A stretch of DNA of 64,000 bases from a virus (IMGVR_UViG_2608642293_000001:44874-108873); one strand, 5' to 3'. Shown: positions 1 to 9,281, counted from the first letter of the stretch. The notes: a model not told the origin generated them from the sequence alone. Numbers and translations: made by a program.

Positions 1-728
1 GAACTAAGTTTAGATATATTGGTACTTATCACAATTCACATAATACAGACGTTAGAGTGAGCATTGATAATCAAGAATCATCGATAAATCAATATATAAA
101 TAGTTCAACAGGAACAACATATGTGTTGCAGTTAGAAAAATTAAATTTAGAAAAAAAAGTACATAAAGTTGATATCTATACCAATACTTCACCTGGTCCA
201 AGATTTGTAGGAATAGATATAGACTCAGATGGCGAACTATTACCATGTAATGAATCAATCTCATTAGATCAATCATCAATGGATTTAAAAGTAGATGATT
301 CACAGTCATTAAAAGCAACAACAACTCCAGCAGCAGTAGGAGTTGTATGGAAATCTTCAGATGAATCTGTTGCAAAGTACGATAAATCTACAGGGAAAGT
401 AATAGCAACAGGAGAAGGAAAGTGTACTATTACTGCGACTATAGACGATGGATATAACGTAAGTGCATCATGTACAGTAAATGTAATTCCAAAAACTAAT
501 GAACCAACTGAACCTCAAGATCCTGTAGGAGATGGAACTTTATTTATAGAATTAGTAGATGGAAATATAAAGAGCTATGATGTTTCAAGTCAAGAAATAA
601 CTAATTTTATAAATTGGTATAAAAACAGAGATTTAGATGATTCACAATCACCAGTATATAAATTTAAAAAGGGTGATTATACAGACTATGTAGTACATGA
701 TAAAATAGATTGGTTTGAAGTAAGATAA
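1..728 (+). CDS. Ig-like (Big_2) domain protein, 5'-truncated by window edge
   Basis: Frame open from base 3; Big_2-like motif VVWKSSDESVAKYD...GKVIATGEGKCTITAT. Confidence 0.75.
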   Translation, partial: TKFRYIGTYHNSHNTDVRVSIDNQESSINQYINSSTGTTYVLQLEKLNLEKKVHKVDIYTNTSPGPRFVGIDIDSDGELLPCNESISLDQSSMDLKVDDSQSLKATTTPAAVGVVWKSSDESVAKYDKSTGKVIATGEGKCTITATIDDGYNVSASCTVNVIPKTNEPTEPQDPVGDGTLFIELVDGNIKSYDVSSQEITNFINWYKNRDLDDSQSPVYKFKKGDYTDYVVHDKIDWFEVR

Positions 729-804
729 AATTAAAAATTTTAGAAATCCTAAATAATAACTATAAAAAATTAATACTAGAATCATTTATAATAGTAAGTG
801 AACT

Positions 805-835
805 AAGGACATCTACCAAGTGTAGGTGTCTTTTG
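805..835 (+). terminator. Intrinsic terminator
   Basis: aaggacatctac-caagt-gtaggtgtcttt hairpin with T run. Confidence 0.6.
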
Positions 836-869
836 CTATATGAAAATAACTAGTAGAAAGAGGTGTAAT

Positions 870-1106
870 ATGAATGAAGAATTAGTAAAAGACAAAATTG
901 AAACTCACGAAAGAAGGCTTAATAATCATGGAGATAGACTAGATAAGCTTGAGCAGGATGGAAGAGAGTTAAAAACAGAACTTAAGAACCTATGTGAAAA
1001 TCTTAAAAACTTAACAAGTATGATGAAGTGGTTTATAACTGCAATTGGAGGAGCTTTAATAAGCTTCTTTTTTTATGCAGTTCAGACAGGAATATTTAAT
1101 AAATAA
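870..1106 (+). CDS. Haemolysin XhlA-family lysis protein
   Basis: RBS gaggtg before ATG 870; coiled coil plus C-terminal TM helix; first gene of lysis cassette. Confidence 0.75.
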   Translation: MNEELVKDKIETHERRLNNHGDRLDKLEQDGRELKTELKNLCENLKNLTSMMKWFITAIGGALISFFFYAVQTGIFNK

Positions 1107-1121
1107 TTGGAGGTATGTAAA

Positions 1122-1562
1122 ATGATAAGAACAGCATTAAAGTTGATAATTAAGGTATTAGAAAGTAAGTTAATTAAAAGTGGACTAGAGGAAACTATAC
1201 TAAAGAATAAAAATTATATTACTGTAGGTAAAGCTATTTGGAACATAGTAGACGAGAATTTTAGAATAAGCAAAACTGTAGAGGAAAAGGTATTATCTAA
1301 AGCAGATCAGTTTGATAAATTGCTATTAGCTAAGTTTCCAGAACTAAGCCAAGATGATGTGGCAGAAATAAGGCAAGCAATAGCAGGAGAAATAAATCAA
1401 GGGAAAGCAGCAGTAGTAGATAATTCTACTTTACTTAAAGAGCTACAAAATGATAATGATAATTTAAAAGCTGAATTGGCAGCATTAACAGAACAATTTA
1501 ATAAAGTCCAAGCATTAATGGTAAAGCCCGCTGATGCAAACATACAACAAGTTACAGCATAG
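1122..1562 (+). CDS. Phage lysis-cassette protein (holin-region, coiled coil)
   Basis: RBS ggaggt; lies between XhlA-like gene and endolysin; near-identical copy at 57005. Confidence 0.6.
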   Translation: MIRTALKLIIKVLESKLIKSGLEETILKNKNYITVGKAIWNIVDENFRISKTVEEKVLSKADQFDKLLLAKFPELSQDDVAEIRQAIAGEINQGKAAVVDNSTLLKELQNDNDNLKAELAALTEQFNKVQALMVKPADANIQQVTA

Positions 1563-1621
1563 TTTTTAGAGTGACCTTTATAGGTTGCTCTTATTTTTTT
1601 ATTATAGAAAGGATGACATAA

Positions 1622-2407
1622 ATGAAAGGTATAGATGTAAGTAATCATAATGGGAATATAAATTTTGTACAGGTGAAAGATTCAGGAATAGAAGCTGTTT
1701 ACATTAAAGCTACAGAAGGGACAACTTTTAAAGATAGTTATCTAGATACTAATTATTCAAATGCACATTATGTAGGATTGAAGACAGGATTCTATCATTT
1801 TCTAGTTGGGACTAGTGCTCCGGAAACTCAGGCCAATAGTTTTTATAATGCTATAAAGGATAAAGCAAATGATCTAATTCCAATGTTAGATGTAGAAAGT
1901 AATTTTGATGGACTAATGGATTATATTTTAAGATTCATTGCTAAATTTAAAGAGCTATCTAATATGCAAATTGGTATTTATACTTACACTAGCTTTATGG
2001 ATAACTTAGATGACAGAATTGCAGATTATCCATTATGGGAAGCAAATTATAACAATACTCCATGGAAATTAAATTCTAATTTCTTTACTAATAGAGTGGG
2101 GCATCAATATAGTGAAACAGGAACAGTAAGTGGAATAAATACTGATTGCGATATGAATGAGTTTAATGATGGAATATTAAATAAAACTACTGGATATGTA
2201 AGAACTACTTATCTTCCAAACGGGTATAGAGGTGATGGTAGTTTTGTAGGAGTGGACATGGAATATGTACAGGAATATTTTAAGGATATTCGTATTTATG
2301 CAAATTCAAATGATAAAGGAATTTGGGTTGAAACTCAGAACTTACCTATGAGCAAATGCTTAGAATTAAAAGATATATTAGGAAGTTGGTTTTATGACAT
2401 AAAGTAA
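1622..2407 (+). CDS. GH25 muramidase endolysin
   Basis: GIDVSNHNG, YIKATEG, GFYHF and LDVE motifs. Confidence 0.92.
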   Translation: MKGIDVSNHNGNINFVQVKDSGIEAVYIKATEGTTFKDSYLDTNYSNAHYVGLKTGFYHFLVGTSAPETQANSFYNAIKDKANDLIPMLDVESNFDGLMDYILRFIAKFKELSNMQIGIYTYTSFMDNLDDRIADYPLWEANYNNTPWKLNSNFFTNRVGHQYSETGTVSGINTDCDMNEFNDGILNKTTGYVRTTYLPNGYRGDGSFVGVDMEYVQEYFKDIRIYANSNDKGIWVETQNLPMSKCLELKDILGSWFYDIK

Positions 2408-2449
2408 TATGATATAATATCTATTGCTAAATTGCATATACTCTGTTGT

Positions 2450-2492
2450 AAAGGTAGATTAGGTAGAAATACTTAGTCTACCTTTTATTTTT
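2450..2492 (+). terminator. Intrinsic terminator; homologous copy at ~62078-62120
   Basis: aaaggtagattaggta-gaaa-tacttagtctaccttt followed by T run. Confidence 0.7.
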
Positions 2493-2537
2493 TTGAATGA
2501 AAATACTACAAAATATATGAATTGTTTACATAATATG

Positions 2538-2566
2538 TTGACTTCCGCTTTATGAAATTATATACT
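2538..2566 (+). promoter_or_regulatory. SigA-type promoter of toxin-immunity operon
   Basis: TTGACT-N17-TATACT. Confidence 0.55.
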
Positions 2567-2638
2567 TTTTTGGTAAAATAATAATGTTTGTCTATAAAAC
2601 ATAGAGCTATTTTATAATAATTTTATCAAGGGGGATTT

Positions 2639-4174
2639 ATGAATAATTATTTTAAGAAGATTATTTTATTTTTCTGTATTTTTTGTGCTTTTGTTATGCC
2701 TTTGCGATCTAACATTGCTAAGGCTAATCCTATTGCCATAGGAGCTGTGGAGTTTGCGGAGGGGTCTTTAGGTGGTGTCGTTACTGGTGGAGCGGGTTAT
2801 GCCGGATATGATATTATTGATCGTTATAAAAAAGAAGCTTCGGATTTTATTATTAAAAAGTCTCTTTCAACTCTCACTAATACTTTTTTAAAATTTTATT
2901 CAGATAGTAGTGGTCAAAAGTATGTAGGTATTGATGGTACTGGATTAGATGAATTGCAATCTATGTTGAATGATTTTAGGCATTCTAGTATTCCAGTTTC
3001 TACTAATTATACTACTTCTAATACGTCTAGTGGTGCTGTTAATGGTGTTTCTGAGCCTTATATGCTTAATGGTTTTTATATGGTTCCTTTTTATATTCAA
3101 TCTACTAAAATTGCTTTTCCTTCTTTTAAAGTTCAAGCATATGATACTGTTAATATTCAAGTTCAGAATTATCAATCTAGTGTTTATACTTGTACTATTA
3201 CTCCTGCAGTTGATACTTACTATCGTTTAAATATGTATAATGCTCCTTATGCTAATATTCAATTTAGTAAAGATGATGGATTAACTTGGTCTGATTATTT
3301 GTATCATTTTGCCGCTGGTAATGCTGCTGGTCGATATATTGGTATAGGTTACACTACTACTTCTAATACTGTTTATGTTCCAGCAACTGATGTAATCACT
3401 GGTACTGGCATTGACGGAAAGGCTAGTGATTCAGTTGGTGATGGTGTTGTTGCAGTTCCTATAAGTTGTCAATATCAAGATGATGGTACAGTTGTTTATA
3501 CTCCAATTGAAGGTGCGAGTGTTGGAGTTGTTAGCGGATTAACTAAAGATACTAGCAATTCAACGGATATTGATGATAACTATGAAATAAAAATAAATAG
3601 AGATAGCATAGATAGAATATTTAATAGCAAGCAAGGTCATTTAACCAGTAATACAGCAGAAAATAGAAAGATATTAGAGCTTATTGCTAATAACGCACAT
3701 AACTATATTGGTATGGACGACTATGAGAATGAGTGGTATACTAGCATTAATTCGGATGGAACACAAACGTGGGTAGAAGTTACTAATAATGAGATAGTAA
3801 ACGGTGGAATCAACGAAATTCCTATAAAATTTGAATTAACTAATTCAGCAGATGATGTTACTCAACCAAATACTACTACAGGAGCGGCTATTACAATAAG
3901 TGAAAAGAATAAAGACCATATTTTTCGAGAAGCATCAGGACATCTAACAGAAGATACACCAGAAAATAGAAAAATTTTAGAGGATGTAGCAAATAACGAA
4001 GAGAATTATTTAGGAAGCGATAAATATGGTAATGAGTGGTATGCCAAAGTTAACGAGGATGGAACTCAAACTTGGGTGCAAGTACGAGGTACTGAAATTA
4101 GAAATGGAGGAGTTAATGAATTACCTATAGGCTTTGATATTAATACAGGGTTATCTAGTCCTGTAAAGCCGTAA
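2639..4174 (+). CDS. Secreted protein with tandem-duplicated C-terminal polymorphic-toxin-like domain
   Basis: N-terminal signal peptide; two copies of IF...GHL..T.ENRK.LE..ANN...Y.G.D.Y.NEWY...DGTQTWV.V....I.NGG.NE. Confidence 0.6.
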   Translation: MNNYFKKIILFFCIFCAFVMPLRSNIAKANPIAIGAVEFAEGSLGGVVTGGAGYAGYDIIDRYKKEASDFIIKKSLSTLTNTFLKFYSDSSGQKYVGIDGTGLDELQSMLNDFRHSSIPVSTNYTTSNTSSGAVNGVSEPYMLNGFYMVPFYIQSTKIAFPSFKVQAYDTVNIQVQNYQSSVYTCTITPAVDTYYRLNMYNAPYANIQFSKDDGLTWSDYLYHFAAGNAAGRYIGIGYTTTSNTVYVPATDVITGTGIDGKASDSVGDGVVAVPISCQYQDDGTVVYTPIEGASVGVVSGLTKDTSNSTDIDDNYEIKINRDSIDRIFNSKQGHLTSNTAENRKILELIANNAHNYIGMDDYENEWYTSINSDGTQTWVEVTNNEIVNGGINEIPIKFELTNSADDVTQPNTTTGAAITISEKNKDHIFREASGHLTEDTPENRKILEDVANNEENYLGSDKYGNEWYAKVNEDGTQTWVQVRGTEIRNGGVNELPIGFDINTGLSSPVKP

Positions 4175-4198
4175 TAAAACAATAGGAAGGTTGATAAT

Positions 4199-4390
4199 AT
4201 GAACTTAACAATTGAAGAATCGTATAAAGCAATGATACATTTTTTAGAGAAATATTATGAAAGAACAAAGTCTGATGATGTAGGTGGATTGCTAGGTGAT
4301 ATGATACTTTTAGGAAATGGTATGACTGCAGATCCAGCTTCATGGAATGATTGGTTAGAATCAGTTGAAGAAATAAAGAATGAAAAATAG
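4199..4390 (+). CDS. Putative immunity protein
   Basis: Small acidic ORF directly after toxin-like domain; YKAM..FLE.YY...DPA.W.DW pattern typical of polymorphic-toxin immunity genes. Confidence 0.6.
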   Translation: MNLTIEESYKAMIHFLEKYYERTKSDDVGGLLGDMILLGNGMTADPASWNDWLESVEEIKNEK

Positions 4391-4424
4391 TTTCAGTAAA
4401 AATTTAAACTAATGAAATAACTAT

Positions 4425-4469
4425 AAAAGAACTTAGTAAAAGTGTACAAGCTTTGCTGGGTTCTTTTTT
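4425..4469 (+). terminator. Intrinsic terminator
   Basis: aaaagaacttagtaaa...tttgctgggttcttttt. Confidence 0.6.
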
Positions 4470-4968
4470 AATATAACAAATATGATAATTCCTATAAAGC
4501 TAACAGCGATAATAGATAGCGTTAGACTGCCAAGATACAAGATAATTACAAGATTCTTTTATGCATTAAGTCTTATAGGGTAGTAAAGAGAAATCTTTAT
4601 TACCCTTATTTTTTTGCATAAAAACAGAGATAGCGAAAGAATCAGGTGAATGACAGTAAAGCTATCTCTGTTGGATTAATGTAACATTATATTTTAATTA
4701 TTAATACTATTTGAATAAATTGTACGTAAGACTATAATAAAAAGGCAGTAGCCTAAGCTACCACCAGTCCATTTTGCATAATTAGTATAACTTAAATTGA
4801 TTATCCAGGTCAAGAAATATAAGGAATAAGTAAATGAGGTATACTATCTTTGTTAACCTTCATAAAATTCCATAATTTATTGGATACTATTAACATGCAT
4901 TTTAAAGGAATTAAGTAGAAAATGTAGAAATTAAAGTATGGAAAGATGAAATTTAAGGGGGATAAATA

Positions 4969-5799
4969 ATGACAATTTTACTATTTATGGTCTGCTTAGT
5001 TTGTCTTATAGCAGGACTTATTAAGCCAAGTAAATTAATTTTTTGGAAGGAACAAGAGCAGAGAACTAGAAAAAATGTACTAAAATATTTTGGATTAGCA
5101 ACAATTATATCATTTGCTTTAGTGGGAATATTTAATCCCAGTAACCATAGCAATACTAATGTTGCAAGTGCTAAAAAGGAAACAATAAAAAATACTGAGA
5201 CACAAGAAAAACAAGAGACTAAAGAAGTCAAAGAAACGAAAAAGTCTGGATGGATACAGGAAAATGGAAGCTGGTATTTATATGGTGATGATGGAAGTCC
5301 AAAGACAGGATGGATTAAAGATAATAATAAGTCGTATTATTTTAACTCAGCAGGAGTTTTACAAACTGGTTGGATAAAAGATCATGGTAAGGATTATTAT
5401 CTAGATAAATCTGGAGTTATGCAGACCGGATGGAAAGAAAGTGATGGTAAATGGTATTACTTAAATTCTGATGGTTCAATGGCATCAAATGCAACTGTTG
5501 ATGGATACTATTTATCTTCGAGTGGAGCAATGGAAGATAAGAGCTCAAGTATTTCAGATGGAAATAGTAGCTCAGTTTCAGCTAATAACTCAAATTCAAA
5601 TAGTAGTACAGTTAAAAGTAGTAGTTCAGGTGGAAATCAATATGTAGATGCAAATGGGAATGGACTTATAAAGGGAAGTAAGAATCATATATATCATGTG
5701 CCTGGTAGTACATATTATAGCAGGACTAAGAATGTTGAACAATGGTTTAAGACAGTAGAAGAAGCAGAAGCTGCTGGTTACAGAGCTCCTGAAAAGTAG
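4969..5799 (+). CDS. Membrane-anchored cell-wall-binding repeat protein with C-terminal Ada-like metal-binding domain
   Basis: Two N-terminal TM helices; GW...WYY/YYL repeats; IKGS..IYHVPG..YY...[12 protein letters not shown]. Confidence 0.75.
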   Translation: MTILLFMVCLVCLIAGLIKPSKLIFWKEQEQRTRKNVLKYFGLATIISFALVGIFNPSNHSNTNVASAKKETIKNTETQEKQETKEVKETKKSGWIQENGSWYLYGDDGSPKTGWIKDNNKSYYFNSAGVLQTGWIKDHGKDYYLDKSGVMQTGWKESDGKWYYLNSDGSMASNATVDGYYLSSSGAMEDKSSSISDGNSSSVSANNSNSNSSTVKSSSSGGNQYVDANGNGLIKGSKNHIYHVPGSTYYSRTKNVEQWFKTVEEAEAAGYRAPEK

Positions 5800-5954
5800 A
5801 GTAATAATAAGAGAAAATAGCAACCAATATAGAGATAGCAGGGAGAATGGGGATGTGCTATCTCTATTTTTGTGCATTAAATATTTTATATTTGACAAAG
5901 ATACCAAATAATATACAATTATGGTATAAAGATGTATGAGAGGGGATTTTAATA

Positions 5955-6608
5955 ATGAAGAAGAGACTTTTAGCTAGTTTACTAACAGGATTATTAATTG
6001 TAGGAGTTTTACCAGTAGGTGCAAGTGCAGAATGGAAACGTGATAATACTGGATGGTGGTATTCTGATTGGGATTCATGGTACATAGGTTGGAAAGAAAT
6101 AGACGGAAAATGGTATTATTTTGATTATAATGGATACATGGCACATGATACAACAATAGACGGATATCAACTAGGATCAGATGGTGCAAGAATAGAAAGG
6201 ATATATCAAGCAGGAGAGAAATGGATAGTTGATGGTCAATGGGAATTCACTATTAATTCAGTTGAATCTACAAAATACAGAAATGAATTTTGGGATAAAA
6301 ACCCTGAACAAGTTGTAATTATTAATTACTCTTACAAAAATTTAGGATACTCTAACAGTTATATGGATTTATATTTTAGTAGCTTTACTGTTATGGATGA
6401 AAAGGGAGTTGTTGCAGAGCTTTATCCAGCAAATACTAAATATTCTCCAAAAGAAACTCCTATTGGAGCAACATGTGACAAGGCACAAGCTGGATATGGA
6501 TTATCTAATAAGAGTTCCTCAATAACAATACAAGTGGAAGAATACTCTCATGACTCAAGCGGTAATAGTCAAAAACAAAAGGCAACATTTAAAGTACCAG
6601 TAAAATAA
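5955..6608 (+). CDS. Secreted cell-wall-binding repeat protein with DUF4352-like domain
   Basis: Signal peptide ending ASA; GWKEIDGKWYYFDYNGYM repeat. Confidence 0.7.
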   Translation: MKKRLLASLLTGLLIVGVLPVGASAEWKRDNTGWWYSDWDSWYIGWKEIDGKWYYFDYNGYMAHDTTIDGYQLGSDGARIERIYQAGEKWIVDGQWEFTINSVESTKYRNEFWDKNPEQVVIINYSYKNLGYSNSYMDLYFSSFTVMDEKGVVAELYPANTKYSPKETPIGATCDKAQAGYGLSNKSSSITIQVEEYSHDSSGNSQKQKATFKVPVK

Positions 6609-6627
6609 ATTATGTAAGGGGGATTTA

Positions 6628-7263
6628 ATGATGAAGAAAAAACTTATAGCTAGTGTATTAGCGTTGTTTACAATAATTAGTTTAGTTGGGTGTGGCAGTA
6701 CTCAAACGACTGCGAGTGCAGATACAAAAGAAACTGTTAAGCAAGAAGATACTAACCCAAATGAGAAGACAGTAGATGGCATTAAATTTACATTAGAAGG
6801 TGTAACTAGAGAACCTGTAAAAGGGGATAGAACAAAAGATGATTTTGCACAAAATAATGGAGAGTATTTTGCTATTGGACCTAAAGTTGTAAAAGCATCA
6901 GATTATGAAAATATAGTTATCAACCTAAAAATTGAAAATACTACAGATAAAGCAATTGAAATTTCAGAATATGGTTGGACCGCAAAGATGAAAGATGGAT
7001 ATAAATTAAATGATAGTTTAAACGATAAAGATATTGATAAACAAATAGCTTCGCATAATGATATTGAGGGAGCAATTAAAATATTAGTAGAAAAAAAATT
7101 AGACGTAAAAGAATTTAACTTAAATTATAATTTAATTGACTACACTAATTTTGATAAAATGTTAGGTGAGGCTGTTTCTGGGAAAAGTGAAGCTGAATGT
7201 AAAGCTAAATACCCAGAACTTTTCAAAGAAAATTATGTTACATTTAATATTCAGGTTAACTGA
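6628..7263 (+). CDS. Lipoprotein, DUF4352-like
   Basis: Lipobox LVGC; VINLKIENTTDK strand pattern. Confidence 0.65.
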   Translation: MMKKKLIASVLALFTIISLVGCGSTQTTASADTKETVKQEDTNPNEKTVDGIKFTLEGVTREPVKGDRTKDDFAQNNGEYFAIGPKVVKASDYENIVINLKIENTTDKAIEISEYGWTAKMKDGYKLNDSLNDKDIDKQIASHNDIEGAIKILVEKKLDVKEFNLNYNLIDYTNFDKMLGEAVSGKSEAECKAKYPELFKENYVTFNIQVN

Positions 7264-7502
7264 TAGATTAAAGCTAGAATTAAATTTCTAGCTTTTTTGT
7301 TGAGTAAATTATTATTCTATCTATCAATATACCATATAAAACCAAAGGATCTACATGTCCAGTAAAAGTTAAAATTGCAACTACAATAATTAGCGTTATA
7401 TAGAAATGAGATTTGCTTGAAATAAAGTCCATAATACACCTCACAATATAATAATATTTTAATTATTTCCAATACATGGTAAAATATACGTGAGGTGATT
7501 TT

Positions 7503-7676
7503 GTGACTAAAAAAGTAGGCAAGTATGAGTATGAAAAAGCAGAAACAACATTTAACATTAACGATGAACTTGATATGGAAATATATAAATTTTTGCTAGA
7601 GAATAGTAAAGTTATAGGTAAAAGCAATTATATAAAACAACTTTTGTATGAAAAAATGCTTAAGAGTAAGGAATAA
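7503..7676 (+). CDS. 57-aa ribbon-helix-helix-like protein (not in ORF track)
   Basis: RBS gaggtg, GTG start; MTKKVGKYEYEKAETTFNINDELDMEIYKFLLENSKVIGKSNYIKQLLYEKMLKSKE; hairpin terminator overlaps its end. Confidence 0.6.
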   Translation: MTKKVGKYEYEKAETTFNINDELDMEIYKFLLENSKVIGKSNYIKQLLYEKMLKSKE

Positions 7677-7728
7677 ACCTTACTCTTATTTTTTTTTATA
7701 ATTTTTTAATAAATTTCAGAAACTTTAG

Positions 7729-7757
7729 GAAACTTTATTAAATTTATTGCATAGAAT
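7729..7757 (+). promoter_or_regulatory. Putative SigK/SigE-type sporulation promoter of parM operon
   Basis: ggaaAC-N16-CATAGAAT resembles AC-N16/17-CATAnnnT. Confidence 0.4.
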
Positions 7758-7791
7758 AAACCATAAGATAAATGAAAAGGAGCTAGAATTT

Positions 7792-8682
7792 ATGAAAGAT
7801 TATGAAATTTTAGGTATAGACATAGGAAATTGCACAACTAAGACTAGCACTGGAATAATATTCGATTCTAAAATTACAGATATTGAACCACTCGGAAAAT
7901 CAGACATGCTATTCATGGATAAAAAAACTTACTGGTTAGGAGAGGGCAATTATGATACCACCTATAAGAAAGTGGATAAACAGAGTTATTTAAAATTACT
8001 TTATGGAGCAATAGGGTTGAGCGAACAATCTAGTAATAAAATCATCAACAATTGTATAGTTTTGGGACTGCCTTTAAGCCAGTTTAAGGAAGATAAAATG
8101 TCTTTAGTTAATATGGTTTTAGCTAATAGAGAAAAAATTATAAGAATTAACAATACAGAAAAACAAATCATTATACAGGATGTTGAAGTGTTTCCAGAAG
8201 GCGTTGTAACGCTGCCAGATGATTATGAGGGAATAGTAATAGATATAGGCGGTAGGACAACAGATTGTGCTTTAGTGGTTAACGAGAGAGGTAGAAGAAG
8301 GGTTTTAAATCCTATAAGTCTGCCTACCGGAACTATAAACTTATACAAAGATTTCATTAATAAGGTCAACAATAAATTTAGTTTAGATTTAGGGATGAAT
8401 GATGCTGAACGGTTAATGTTGAATGGTTTATATTTGGATGGAAAGAGGACAAATATTAATTTTGCGGTTGAAGTTTATAAACAGTTTGTAGATAGTCTAA
8501 TAAGCCGCTTACAGGTTGAGTATTCTTTGAGAACTAATCGCATTAGTCTTACAGGTGGGGGAGCATTATTGGTTTACGAGCAAATTAGAGATAGATTGGG
8601 TGATGGAGTAACCCTTCAGGATAGACCTACACTAGCAAATGCGAGGGCATATTATGAATTGGGGTGCAGCATATGGCAATAG
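7792..8682 (+). CDS. parM: ParM/StbA actin-like ATPase
   Basis: GIDIGN..TK, VFPEG, IDIGGRTTD and LTGGGA actin-fold motifs; RBS aaggag before ATG 7792. Confidence 0.85.
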   Translation: MKDYEILGIDIGNCTTKTSTGIIFDSKITDIEPLGKSDMLFMDKKTYWLGEGNYDTTYKKVDKQSYLKLLYGAIGLSEQSSNKIINNCIVLGLPLSQFKEDKMSLVNMVLANREKIIRINNTEKQIIIQDVEVFPEGVVTLPDDYEGIVIDIGGRTTDCALVVNERGRRRVLNPISLPTGTINLYKDFINKVNNKFSLDLGMNDAERLMLNGLYLDGKRTNINFAVEVYKQFVDSLISRLQVEYSLRTNRISLTGGGALLVYEQIRDRLGDGVTLQDRPTLANARAYYELGCSIWQ

Positions 8683-8864
8683 TAAAAGCAGTCAGCTTTA
8701 AGAATAAAGAGCAGGATTTATTGGATCATGTAGGAAAAAGAGATTTCAGTTACTATGTTAAAGATCTTATAAGAAAAGATATGAACGAAAAACTATCAAG
8801 CAAGGTACCTGGCAGAAACGAAAATATTACAATTAAAAAAAGAAATATTAATTTTGAATTTTAG
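8673..8864 (+). CDS. ParR-like ribbon-helix-helix protein
   Basis: Overlaps parM end; VSFKNKEQDLLDHV...FSYYVKDLIRKDM. Confidence 0.6.
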   Translation: MAIVKAVSFKNKEQDLLDHVGKRDFSYYVKDLIRKDMNEKLSSKVPGRNENITIKKRNINFEF

Positions 8865-8874
8865 GAGGTTTATT

Positions 8875-9045
8875 ATGAAAAAATCAAATAAAAAAGAATC
8901 AAGTGAAAAGCCTGAAGTAAATATAACTGATATTATAAAAGATTGGACTCAGAACTCTGAAATATTTAAGACTATGGTACCTAATATGAGTTTTAATGAT
9001 TTGTTATTGTACTGCATAGAAAAGTTCACCATTTTACCTAAATAA
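8875..9045 (+). CDS. Small hypothetical protein
   Basis: RBS aggagg before ATG 8875. Confidence 0.55.
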   Translation: MKKSNKKESSEKPEVNITDIIKDWTQNSEIFKTMVPNMSFNDLLLYCIEKFTILPK

Positions 9046-9051
9046 GCCACT

Positions 9052-9125
9052 TAAAAAGCCTAAATCTAAAATGATAGACTTAGGCTAAGGAGCTATCAGC
9101 TCTGCTTGCTGCGCTTCGCTTACGC
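9052..9125 (-). ncRNA. Putative ~70-nt small RNA
   Basis: Upstream SigK-like promoter ggaaAC-N16-CATATGCT; GC-rich body; terminator agcctaagtcta/tagatttaggct-ttttt. Confidence 0.4.
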
Positions 9126-9212
9126 TAATAGCATATGCTACAAGTTTAAAAAAGTTTCCTGTTTATATATATCGGAGATCAATTTTAAGAATAAATTAAG
9201 ATTTAGTTTAGT

Positions 9213-9281
9213 TTACAGAAAAGTTATAACACCTACTGCAACAGTGTAAAATGCAATTGCTCCTAAAGTAAATGTGAACAT
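9213..9281 (-). CDS. 22-aa hydrophobic peptide (not in ORF track)
   Basis: RBS gaggtg; MFTFTLGAIAFYTVAVGVITFL. Confidence 0.5.
   Translation of the reverse strand: MFTFTLGAIAFYTVAVGVITFL

Noticed and set aside
2523-2550. XerD-arm-like TTATGTAAACA (minus strand) before the toxin gene
   Set aside because: No convincing partner arm; overlaps a plausible promoter in AT-rich DNA, so may be chance
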